DNA of 53,677 bases, filler included, from Jimgerdemannia flammicorona (taxonomy: Eukaryota): the NCBI GenBank assembly GCA_003990765.1. It is 3 parts of 3 records of this genome, joined end to end, with 100 filler letters (N's around TTAATTAATTAA, not from the genome) between each part and the next. Parts side by side here need not be neighbours in the genome. Positions count along the whole stretch, not along the records: positions 1 to 17,826 come from RBNJ01002392.1; 2 more parts are not named here. One strand, written 5' to 3'. Below, piece after piece: positions 1 to 10,799 of the stretch (the first letter of the stretch is position 1; each line of letters begins with the position of its first letter). Below the pieces are notes generated by a model, which made no database searches, was not told the origin of the DNA, and worked only from the letters and a program-made list of their open reading frames with translations. The translations under genes were made by a program, and so were the position numbers.

Positions 1-2130
1 TTTTTTTTAACAGACTCAATGTTCTGCAGATTTTTATTGGAAGGAAATCTAGACTATATAGGCCAAAACCCTCCCCCACCACCCATCAAGCACTGTCTTC
101 TCATTAATCTAGGCTAGCTATTGTCCAGCAGCTCAACCATGCCAGGCATAGCAAGGCCTATATTGGCCTATACCTCATTCTGCACACCATGCTCTCCCTA
201 CTATCAGGAGGAACTCAGCCATATACCAATGACTGAAAGTGTATGCCCAAGACCCCAACATATGTATAAGACTATGTCTGAGCTAAATAGAATAGCTCCT
301 GCCACCCTAAAGAGAATGACAGATAAAGAAAAACTCCTGGTGGGGGGTGGTGGACAGCGCTAAGAAGATTGGACTTCGGTGGCATGGTGATGAGGCCGAG
401 GAGGATTGGGGACCATGGATGTGGCAGTGGGACAGGTTGCTACTGTGTGGTGTTCTGGTGGAGGACTTTAAGCTCAGCGAGGGTCTGGAGTATCTGCATG
501 GCCTAGGTGGAGACCTGTGGCCTGAAGCCTAGCAGAGGGTCGGAATTGGTGAGAAGTGGGACTGGAATGGTCTCTGGCTCTGGAGCAAAAGGGTGAGGCA
601 GTGGCTGCCCCCCAAGTTCTGGATGGTATGGTGGCATATCCTATGGCAGAATGTGATGTTGAACTATTGGTCTGGGCACTTGGTGGATGATGGAGTATTC
701 GAGTGCGAGGAGTGTTTCAATGTTGACCAGGAGGGAGGCATGGTACAAATGCCTGAACATTGGCTTGGTGAATGTGCAGTTTTGGAAGAGTTTTGGAGCA
801 GTATTAGGATCCGATTGGGGCTGAGTGCTCTGGAGGGAGAGGGAGGGGGGAGATGGAGAGAGCTCCGCTGGTAACTGGTGGTGGAGTTGGGGATGAGTGG
901 CTGACTCTTGGGTGGGCTTTGGCTATGTGGGTCGGGTTGGCGGGACATTGGGTTCATATTTTTGAGGAAGGGCGTCAGGTTGGGGTTGGGGATAAGATGG
1001 CACGTTGGGAATGGTTACTTTTGGACATTTTGAATAGCTGGTGGCGGGGTTGGGGGCTGGGTGGAGGGAGCCACTGGGGGTTGGTGCAGCGCATTTCCCT
1101 GAAGAGTGGTGGAAGGATTCAGGTAGTGGGTGAGCGGGTGGTGCTTGGGCAGGGGGAGATCGAAGGGGGAGGTCTGGGCCCACGGGGCATTGGTTGAGGG
1201 GGAGAGTGATATTGTATTATTAGTACTATAGACTTCGGTAATAAAGGGGCAGTCCAAGTGACTATAAAAAAATAAAAAAAAAAAAGATAAAGAAAAACTC
1301 TCATCAAAGTACATCATAGTGAGTAGGACCCGGTTCTTCCAGTTGAGGTGAATAAAGGACTTATAAGTGAGGTGGGAGAAGACCCCCAATATCCCACTAC
1401 TCAAGCCTGCAGGCCTTGATCACATTACTATGTCAGCTCTTAGTTCTAATTGAGTACAGCCAAGATACCTGAAATAGGTAGCCTCAGGCCCCCTGATCCC
1501 TCCCAATGACCAGGGCCCAACCCACCAAATTGCTAAAAGAAGCCAAGAGTGATACCTACCACCTAACTACTCTGCACCAATCAAAAGGCCCCACTGAAGC
1601 AGCACCTGCTCCAGCCCTGATAACTGCCCCCAGCCTGATACTCTACTGGTTCACTATTATTGCCCTTTCTTTTATCTATAATAGCCATCTTCCCTTCCAT
1701 CTTGACAACACCTGAAAAGCAGTCACCTACATTAGAACTGCACTTGCTGAGAAGCTTGCCAAAGCCAGAAGGCCCCACTATAGGTACTGAGGACCTGTAG
1801 GTAATCTACACTAAGTACTTAATGCCCAAGGTCAGCCAACTCCCTATATAGTCTGTGATACACCAAGACAGCACCTTGTTGGTAATGGCAAAAGGAAGAA
1901 GGTGCTGCACCAAAACAAATATACTCCAGATATAGCCAAAGGTATCAGAAACTATGAAAAAGTAGAGAAGATACCAATCTGACACCAATAAAGGGGTAAC
2001 TCATCACTATTGTCTCCCTCTCACTACTCTGCAATAGGTACAGCAAACCAACCCAAGGTAGAGGGGGTAATAATTGTAGAAAGTGGACTCAGAAGGTTGC
2101 CTACCAAACTATTGTGACCAGTAAGATAGT
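1..2130 (-). mobile_element. Old, degenerate LINE-like remnant (3' part), split by the insertion at 337-1284
   Basis: The minus strand ends in AATAAA, a small hairpin and poly-A (plus-strand poly-T at 1-8). It has Trp-rich, stop-interrupted frames like the C-termini of the other LINEs and is CpG-poor. The right boundary is approximate. Confidence 0.35.
337..1284 (+). mobile_element. 5'-truncated L1/Tx1-like LINE copy (ORF2 C-terminal zinc-binding region, 3' UTR, poly-A)
   Basis: WWHILWQNVMLN...CEECFNV...PEHWLGEC matches the same region of the LINE at 36216-41735. AATAAA at 1240-1245, poly-A at about 1265-1285, and a perfect 16-bp TSD AGATAAAGAAAAACTC at 321-336 and 1285-1300. Confidence 0.9.
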
Positions 2131-2249
2131 GGAGAAAGAGGCACTGATAAGTACTTTCAGTATCATTAATATTAACTAAAGAACAATATTATCTATTATA
2201 AGGATAGATTGTATATTTCTAACAATTGAGATCTCTAAAGAACTATTCT

Positions 2250-2479
2250 GTTTGAATGTAATTTGAATTATAACTTAATTTAATTTAAATTAAAATAAAC
2301 TCTAATTTGAATTAGTTCAAATTAAATTAGTCCTCAATTTGATTTGACTTAAATCAAATTAGACTCTAATTTAAATTAGTTTAAATTGAATTAACTCTCA
2401 ATTTAATTTGAACTATTTGAATCAAATTGAGTTTTATCTAAATTTAATTTTATTCAATTTATTCTAAATACTAGCCCTA
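2250..2479. repeat. AT-rich array of degenerate ATTTGA/TCAAAT units ending in CTAGCCCTA; possible decayed DNA-transposon (hAT-like) terminus
   Basis: The units look like CpG-mutated (ATTCGA)n. The right end reads TAGGGCTAG on the minus strand, resembling hAT-type TIR starts. Confidence 0.3.
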
Positions 2480-3192
2480 AGTTAGATATACTATAAAGGA
2501 TATTTACAATATAATCTAGTTTGATAATAATAAAGCAGAAGACAATAATACCTCTGAATTGAGATATCCTTTAGTTAAGAATTTCTACCAACTCTGATTA
2601 CTTTGCCAACTTTACCAATAAAATTACAATAATTCATAACTATTTATAAGATCTACTAGGATAATGACCATTGGTACAAGTACTAATCTGCATTTATATC
2701 TGACTACTTTAACTATAATAAAGAAACTAGAGAATACAACCTATATCTCTAGATAACTTTTGAGATAGAATCAATAATCTCACCTCCTGAGTATAAGTAA
2801 TATGAAGAATAATCTCCAGTATACTACATATAACCTAGTAATATATATTGCCATAATCTACTAAAGGTATGCTAATAGTAAATCTGATAAAAGTAAAAAT
2901 GAAGTATCTCTTCTCTACTTACTAACACTATATCTAATATATGAGACAGATGATATTATTCTGTAGAACAATCAGTTTATTCCACTATATTACTATATGA
3001 ATAAATAGAGAGATATAATCTAAGAGTTACTCTTTCTAGATAACTACTTTATTAGAAATGATATTATCAATAGTGACCTTATTAACTTTTATCCAGATAG
3101 TATATTAAGCTATAAATAGTATAGTAGTCATTAGTATAGTTAAATTAGATAGTGCTATATATATAATTATATTCCAACTTATCAGTTAGTAG

Positions 3193-4921
3193 TGTAACAT
3201 GCCCGGCTCAATGGAGGCAAATTACAAGATTGGGGAGTTGATGTAGTTTGGCTTGAGCCCTCAGTTACTTTGTCAAAAAGTAACAAAATGTTCTATGATT
3301 CCTGAGATCCTTAGTGTTTAGTGGTATAATAATCAAAGCTGGATATCTGCGAGTGATTTGTGTGCTGATTTCCTAATTGGGATGGTTCTCTAGGTGTAGT
3401 GGCAATTTGTGTAAATGGGTTTCCTTCTTGGGTCAACTGGAAATAGCAGAATTTGTATATAGCATGAGCAGTTTCCTTCTTGAGTAACAGGTGATTTCTG
3501 TGTAGCATGATGATCTCTTTTTTTTTATAGTCACTTAGACTCCGCTCCTTTATTAATACCCATCTATCCCATATAAATACAGTGATCCCACCCCCTATCC
3601 AATCCCCCTAGGGGGGCCCCCCCCCCCCTACCCCTTCTCGACAAAAGACCACCTTGTCTAACACCATCACTACCCTTCCACCACTCTGCTCACAGATCCT
3701 TACCACCAAACTACGACGCTGACCCCCCTGAGGGCCTCAACCCACCCACCATCCAGTCAGCAGATCCCCCAACAGCTCTTCTCACCTTAACACCTTCTCT
3801 CACATCCCCAACTGCTGCCCCTCCTCAAATACAAAAAGCCAATGTCCAGCTAATCCCACCCATACTGCTAGCACCCACCCTACAGTGAGCCAACTATCAC
3901 CCACCCCCCCCCCAAGCCAAGTCCGCAAGTCCCCCCCGCCGGCCCCCCCCCCCCCCCAGCCTCCTCTCAATACCCAATCTATCCCCGATTTCAGCCCAAA
4001 ACTCCCCCAGAACCTCATACTCTCCCAGCCAATGTTCTGGCATCTGTACATGACCCTCAGCTCGCAGCACAATGATCTCTGTACATGACGGTCTGGTAAT
4101 TTGGTAGCTTTCCTTATACGATTTGGGTGGCGATCTCTGTATAGTGCAGCGATTTCCAAAAGTATGCGATTTCTGAGTAACAGTAGATGACTTGATCTGG
4201 GTACAGGTTTACTGGGAATTGTACTGGTGGTGGATAACTTGATAACTTGGGCTCACTGGGAACAATGAATAACTCGGATGGCATGAATCGGGCTCTTCTG
4301 GGAATGCGGATAACTTGGAAATGGTAGATGATGTGGATTCTTCCTGAATTGGTGGACTTCTTGAAAATGGCGGCTTAACTGGGAATTAACTCGAATGGCA
4401 TGAATTGGTGGCTTTCTCTTAGGCAAAAATCTTCAGGCTTATCTGGCAAGTGAACCAAAAATGAACTTGTTCTTTATATTGGAAAGTGGACCAGAGTGGA
4501 AAGGGGAAATAAGCTCACAATCTCCTAGCAGTGGCTGTAGAGTTCCTCTCGAAGTGTGGTAGGCAGACTTGTCTTTTGCTTTAATTTCGGACTTTTCGGA
4601 CTGAGGTTTATTCACTCTTGTCTCTGGGTAATTTATACAAGTTGGTTGCTATCCAGTTACTATGTGGCTAACTATAGATCTGCTACTTATGGCAGATGTA
4701 CAGAGTCTGTATGGTGTATAGGACCTGTATAGTATATAGAGTCTGTACAGTATACAGAGTCTGTACAGGTAAATAGACCCTTTCTGGTATGTCTGGCTAT
4801 TTATACAGTTTTCTGCAGCAATGGTTACTAGTTACTATGCTGTGTATTCACGTTATCTTGCCTAATTGTTCGCATCATCTGGTTAAGATATAATTCAGGT
4901 GGTATATTTTGGTTTGTCACA
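3193..4921 (-). repeat. 3' LTR of Gypsy 1 (about 1.17 kb net of the LINE insertion)
   Basis: TGTAAC...TGTCACA termini. It aligns along its length with 12535-13559. TATA-like TATAAAT and AATAAA lie on the minus strand at about 4605-4640, and the purine tract (plus TCAGCCCCC) is at 4922-4930. Confidence 0.92.
3519..4065 (-). mobile_element. 5'-truncated LINE inserted into the 3' LTR of Gypsy 1
   Basis: Absent from the other LTR. Poly-A tail (plus poly-T 3519-3526). It encodes LGGGVGDSWLTVGWVLAVWVGLAGHW, like 853-1197. TSD is AGCATGATGATCTCT (3504-3518) / AGCACAATGATCTCT (4066-4080). Confidence 0.92.
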
Positions 4922-4960
4922 TCAGCCCCCACTGAAGGGTAGTCTGTCCCAGACTATTCT

Positions 4961-5476
4961 TTAGTCATCATCCCAATAAGCATAGGCTGCTTCTGTATCT
5001 ATATCTGTTCCATTATCTTCATTGTCTATACTGGGGTCACTCCACTCTATGGGCTCTTCTTCTTCTTCAGGGAATAGGATTTCGACAGAGTTGATGATGT
5101 TCAAATAGGTAACAGAGTTCATTCCTTGAATATTGTTCAGGGAGAATTATGCCTGTATCAGGGCTGTAATATTTCGTTTGTAAATGGTGTATAGTCTGTC
5201 TGTGGCAGTAGTGTCTCTTCGGGTCAGACTTGTGGTATTCCTGATATAGGTCTGTTCTGGGGCTAGGAGGTTCTGCAATTGTTCACCAATTGCATAATAG
5301 GCCTGCAGTTGGTGGACTTGTAGTAGGCATCTGGTCAGGGAGAGATTTTCTTGATGAGCTTGGATCCTTTGAAGGGGGCTTCCATTGGCTTGACCAAATT
5401 GGGGTAGAGGGACTGGTAGGGCTTGGAAGGAGCTGAGGACCAATCTCTGGAGGCGCTGATCAATCCTTTGGCTCAT
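4961..5476 (-). pseudogene. Accessory ORF3 of Gypsy 1 (172 codons, one internal stop), unknown function
   Basis: MSQRIDQRLQRLVL...AAYAYWDD*. Its ATG overlaps the integrase stop (ATGA at 5476-5473) and it ends just before the PPT. Confidence 0.6.
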
Positions 5477-6520
5477 GGTGTAGAGGGGAAATATAGTTTG
5501 AGGCAATTGATGTGTACTGGTGTTCTCAGGGTTCATCCATCCATGCTTCTTAAATAGATACTGGTTCCTCTGATGTTGTGTACAAGATAAGGTCCTTCCC
5601 ATTTTGGTCCCAGTTTGGCGGCAAAGTTTGTCTCAATCATGCTTCTCTAAACTAGGACTTGATCTCTAATCTTAATCTCCTGATCCTTCTGTTTTTGGTT
5701 ATAGTACTTCTTTTGTCTTTCCTGGGCTTTGATAATCTGTCCTTGGGCTTGATTATATAACTGTTCTGCTTTCTTGAGAAGGTCTCCGAGATTCTCATAG
5801 TTGGCAGTTCTAGTTCTCTTAGTAAACATCATTTTGAATGGCTTTTGTTTTGTGGATGTGGCAGGGGTGTTCCAAATTTCCCATAGGATCTCAGGTAAGC
5901 AGAGGTCCCAATTAGTAGGATTGACTCAAGCAAGTCCTTTCTTGATGGTCTGTTTCATTCTCTCTGTCATGCCATTGGTCTGAGGGTGGTATGATGTAGT
6001 CCTCTTGAGGTGGATCTTGTGAATTTGGGCATAACTTGTGATTATGTTATTGATGAATTCCACACCTTGGTCAGAGATAAGTTCTTCTGGGGGTCTATAT
6101 CTGAGTGTAAGTCCATGGAGGAGGCCTACAATGGTTAAGGCATCTGTGATTTCCATTGGAAAAGCCTCAGGCCACTTGGTCAGATGTTCCACAAATACAA
6201 GAATATATTTGATTCTTCTTGGTGTAACTGGTAGATGTCCAATTACATCTACTCCCCATCTTTAAAAGATGTGAGTGGGTGGGGGAATCGGTTGCAGAGG
6301 GGCTTGATAGTTCTTCTTTCCTTGGTACTTCTGGCAAGTGTCACATTTCTGAATGATGTCTCGAACTTGAATTCTGAGGTGAGGCCAGTGTTGATACAGT
6401 TTTTGAATCTTATCTTCTGTACTTGTCTGTCCTTGATGGGCTTTCTGATGTTCTTTATGAATGAGATCTTCTTATACTTTGATGGTCTGAGGAGCTTCCT
6501 TTAGGGTGTAGTTCCTCAGG
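5473..6520 (-). pseudogene. Gypsy 1 integrase (disrupted)
   Basis: EHLTKWPEAF, LISDQGVEF, TTSYHPQTNGMTERM, and C-terminal PKWEGPY (GPY/F motif). Confidence 0.93.
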
Positions 6521-6539
6521 ACACCCTTCTTCTAATTCA

Positions 6540-7960
6540 TTGGGGCTGGCAGAAAAGTACATCAACATTGTTGTGAGCTTTCTCTGCTTTGTGAATAATG
6601 ATGATTTTGTAATCCTGAAGGATGAGAATCTAGTGGGCTAGAATTCTGGTGGGTTCCTTGTAGTTGAATAGCCATTTGAGGGCTGTATGGTCTGTGATCA
6701 GGGTGAACCTTTTTTCAATGAGGTAATACTTAAACAGGGTGACTGCCCATATGACTGCAAGATATTCTAGTTTGGTGCTACCATAGTTCATCTGCTGCTG
6801 ATTGGTAGCTCTGCTTGCATAAGCTATCATATGGTGCTGTTGGTCAGATCCTTCTTGAGCTAGAACTGCTCCTAGGCCATCTTTGGAAGCATCTGTATAC
6901 AAGATGAATGGCTTCTGTAGATTGGGGCACATAAGGATTGGTGCTCTAGTTATACAGTTTTTGAGTTCTTTGAAGACTTTTCCTTGTGATTCTGTCCATT
7001 TAAATAGTACTCCTTTCTTGAGAAGGATCTGGATTGGGACAGTGATTTGAGCAAAGTCTTTGATAAACCTTTGGTAGTAGGATACTAGCATCAGGAATGA
7101 TAGCGTCTCTTTTGGGGTTTTGGGTACTGGCCAATTGTTGATCTTCTCAGTTTTCTTTGGGTCTGCATGGGTTCCTTCTTTTGAAACTATGAATCTCAGG
7201 AATTCAAGTTTCTGTTTCCCAAAATAGCATTTCTTTGCATTCAATCTCAAGTGATTCTTGCGGGTGAGCTTGAAGAATTCCTCTAGGTGGTGCAGGTGTT
7301 CTTCGAAATTTTCTGAATAAATTTTGGAATCATCCATGTATACAATCAGACAGTGGTGGATCAGAGGAGCATAAACTGAATTCATCATCCTTTGAAAGGT
7401 GGGGGGTACATTGCAGAGTCCAAAGGGTATTTGGAGATATTCAAACAGTTTTCCTAAAGCAAGAAAGGCTGTCTTTTGAATATCCTTGGGGTCCATGGGG
7501 ATCTCATGGAATCCTGCAAAGAGGTCCATACCACTGAAGTATCTGGCATCCTGTAACTGGTCCAAAAGGTCATCGATCCTGGGCAAAGGATAAGTATCCT
7601 TCTCGGTGACTAAATTGAGTTTCCTGTAATCTACACAGAGTCTCTATCCTCCTTTCTTTGGTACAATAAGTATAGGGCTGGCCCAGGGGCTAGTGGAGGG
7701 TCAGATGACTCTATTGTCTAAGAGTTCTTGAATGTGCTCTTTTTCGAATGTTTTCAAGTAATGGGGTATTCTATAGGGTTTTTGCCAGATGGGTGTTGCA
7801 CTTCCTGTATTTATGCTGTGGTGATATGATGGGTTATATGGCAGGTTGCCATAATCAGTGGTGAAGATATCTTGATATTTGTTGAGAAGTTCTACTAATT
7901 GTTGCTGTTGCTGAGGTGTCAATTCTTCTCCAATGTTGGTGGAAGGCTTCACTGTCTCCT
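6540..7960 (-). pseudogene. Gypsy 1 reverse transcriptase / RNase H (disrupted)
   Basis: PRIDDLLDQL, KTAF, PFGLCNVPPTFQR, YMDD, FILYTDASKDGLGAVL, ITDHTAL. Confidence 0.95.
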
Positions 7961-8359
7961 GGGTCGCAGAGGGGCCTTTCCTTTCTTCTGGGACCTTTTG
8001 CTGTTTCCTGATAGGTTTAGTTCATAAACTTCCCTATGAGTTCAGTTGAGAAAAGGCACCAGATGTCCTATGATGGTTCCTTTTGGCAGGATGATGGTCT
8101 CCCAACTTTGGTTGGTTGCTCGGGAGTGTACTGGGTTCATCTTGTCAGGGAATGTGTGTCCCTCTATGTCCAAGTGTGGGATATCTTCCTTAGATTTGAA
8201 GAAAAGGTTTCTGGAGTCAGGTGGTGCAAAGATTTCGAAGGTAGTTTGTTCTCTGGGCTCTAGGATGAGATTCTTGTACAGTCTGACTGGTTGCCGGTAC
8301 ACTTGCTGGAGAACATTCCTCTTGAGGTGGTTGACCTGAAGGAGATGTACCTCCTTCCT

Positions 8360-8765
8360 GTCTGAACTTCCAAATCCCTTGGCTTGTCTTGTTCCTTCGG
8401 TTATTTCAGAGACTTCCTGTAACTGTGGGGTCTTGACCTTCATGAAGACTGCTTGGGCAATCCTCTGTCCTTTAATGATTCGGTGCCATTCTGCACTGCT
8501 ATTGTGTAGGATAACCTTGATTTCGCCTGTATATTCAGGGTCAATGGTTCCTCCTTCTACAGTTATCCCTTGTCTGGCAAGTCTGGACCTTGAGGTCAGT
8601 TAAATATAAGCTCCTTGGGGTGGCTGCATGGCTAATCTGGTTCTGATCATGAAGGTTTTTCCAGGCTTGATAGATTCATCCTCCAGGCTGTGAAGATCAT
8701 ATCCTACATCCTCTGGGTGGGCTTTGGTCAGGGGTTTGGCCTTGGGGTCCAGCAGGGCATACTGG
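8360..8765 (-). pseudogene. dUTPase domain within Gypsy 1 pol (one in-frame stop)
   Basis: All five trimeric dUTPase motifs are present in order: VGYDL, SRSRL, GTIDPEYTG, GQRIAQ, RQAKGFGSS. Confidence 0.9.
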
Positions 8766-8769
8766 GCAA

Positions 8770-10050
8770 TATCCTTGCTGAGTTCAGGCTTTCCTAAGGC
8801 TGAAGCTCTACTAGCAGAGAGCCTCCAGGCTCTGAGGTTGAGGTGTGGCCATCTGGCTCCAGTAGAGGGGTCTCAGAGATAGTTGATTCCTCTACTTCCT
8901 ATAGGGTCTAGGGCTTCTATGAAATTGGCAGCATCTTCTGCCCATCCTTGGCAGGTTGCATGTCTGATGAGAGCTAGGATGTCTTTTTCCAAATTGTAGA
9001 TCTTGAGGATTCTTCTTCCTGGCTTCTTGGTCTGGCTTTTTTGAATCTGGCTTTTTTGGATCTGGCTTTGGTTATCTCCTTTCTTCAAAGTGTGCACTGC
9101 AACATCATGACTGAGGTAAATCTTCTGATGTCTGCAGTCTTGGCAGTCAGGGTGTCTCCCATGATTACAATATCCCATTGCTCGGAAATGGTGTTCCTGG
9201 CTGTTGATCTCTTGTTGTCTTGGGAATCGGTACCCATCTTGATCATAGGTTGGGAGAAGGGTAGACAAGGGGTATATTTCAGTTTGAGTGAAGAAGTCTT
9301 GTCCCCTAAATTGACTTTGTAACCTTGTAGTGACCTCTTGAAAGGTGGTGGACTGTGCAAGAGTAGTTGGGGGTTCTGGTCTCTGGGGTCTCTGTCTTTC
9401 TTGTTGGTCCAACAGATGACACTGATAGCAGTAGTCTTGGGGAGAGTGGAAGACCATTTGGTGTGGACATCTTCCTAGCTGAAAGGCTTTCTCTTGGTGG
9501 GTTTCTTTCTTGGGGATAATGGTGATTGTACTAGGTCCTTCCTCTGTATTCCAGGGGTCATTGTCTTCAGATAGTGTCCAGCGAGAGTCATCCCAGGGAA
9601 TGAGTTCAGGGACCTCTTCTTCATCAGGTGCTTCTTGTTCAGGAACTTCTTGGTCAGAAGTTTCTTCTTCCTCAGATGATTCTTGATCCCAAATTGCTTG
9701 TACTTCTGCAGCTTCAGTTGCAGGTGTTTCTGGAACATGTCTGCATTTCTTCTTCTTTCTTCTGCACTCTGGGCAGGCTGTACCAGGTGATTTCCTTGTT
9801 CCCATGATCTTGGAGGAGTGCTCAGGACACTTGTGTCTCTTGAGGCAGATAGGGCATCCTTTGGCTTCTCCTGCAATGGCTCCAATAGTGATGGGGATGG
9901 TATTCTTAGCCCACACATTGTCTTCTGGTCTGTCATCCACCAGGTTAATTCAGAGATTGAGTCTGGGATCATTTCCATCTTCAGATTCTTCTTCCTCTTC
10001 TATAGTAGACTCCTCACTGCTGGCATATTCTTCTTGAATAGTGACCTTCT
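8770..10050 (-). pseudogene. Acidic and Cys/His-rich pol domain between protease and dUTPase, unknown function
   Basis: ORF 8873-9940 continues the protease frame. Clusters: CPICLKRHKCPEH, CPECRRKKKKCRH, CPHQMVFHSPQDYCYQCH, CNHGRHPDCQDCRH. Confidence 0.65.
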
Positions 10051-10069
10051 TTTTCTTCTTTGATTGCTC

Positions 10070-10420
10070 ATAGCTAGTCACCTTAACTCTGTACTTCTTG
10101 CCTCAGTAGTCAAACTTGAGTACTTGTTGGCCGATATCAACAACTGCATTCATTTCCTTCATCCAGTTGGTGCCAAGAATCATGTCATAGGTGATAGCTT
10201 CAGTAACAACAGCTTTGGGGATGGAGAACTGAATGTATCCAAGAGAGATGGCAATATTTCATACTTCCCCAAGGGGTTGAGTTCAGGCTCCATCCACTAC
10301 TATGATGCTGAGGTTGGATGGTCCATCAATGGGCCATTGGAGGGTGTCCAAGAATCATTTGGCAATGACACAGACAGCTGCTCCTGTGTCTATGAGGATT
10401 TTCGCTTTTTGTCCTCCAAT
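10070..10420 (-). pseudogene. Gypsy 1 aspartic protease (disrupted)
   Basis: LIDTGAAVSVI ... YDMILGTNWM. Confidence 0.88.
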
Positions 10421-10799
10421 ATCTCCATGTAGGTAGGTGCTATCATGTCTTTCAGCTGCTTGAACAGGGATAGGAGCTGGTTCTTCTGTGGGATTGGAAC
10501 TTGGCCAGTGCTAGACCTGGTGGTTCTCAGCAATTTGTTTTGGACTTCAGCTGGTGTCAATTGCAAGAACTGCAGGAGGGGGACTTCTATCTTTGCTTTT
10601 TGAAACTTCTGCCAGGCTTCATTGTAAATGTCTCTAGGCATGGTCTTCAGAGTGTACTTTTTCTTAGGCTTTGGAGCAGCAGGTTACCATTCTTCTTGTT
10701 CCATTTCTTCATCTTCTGGTGACAACTCATTTGTCTCAGGAACAAAAGGTGAGGGGGTTCAGAGAGGTGTTTCAACTTGTTCCTTCTCATGTTCTTCAT

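Noticed and set aside
2480..3192. Possible transposase relic in the AT-rich tract
   Set aside because: Too mutated to identify by eye.
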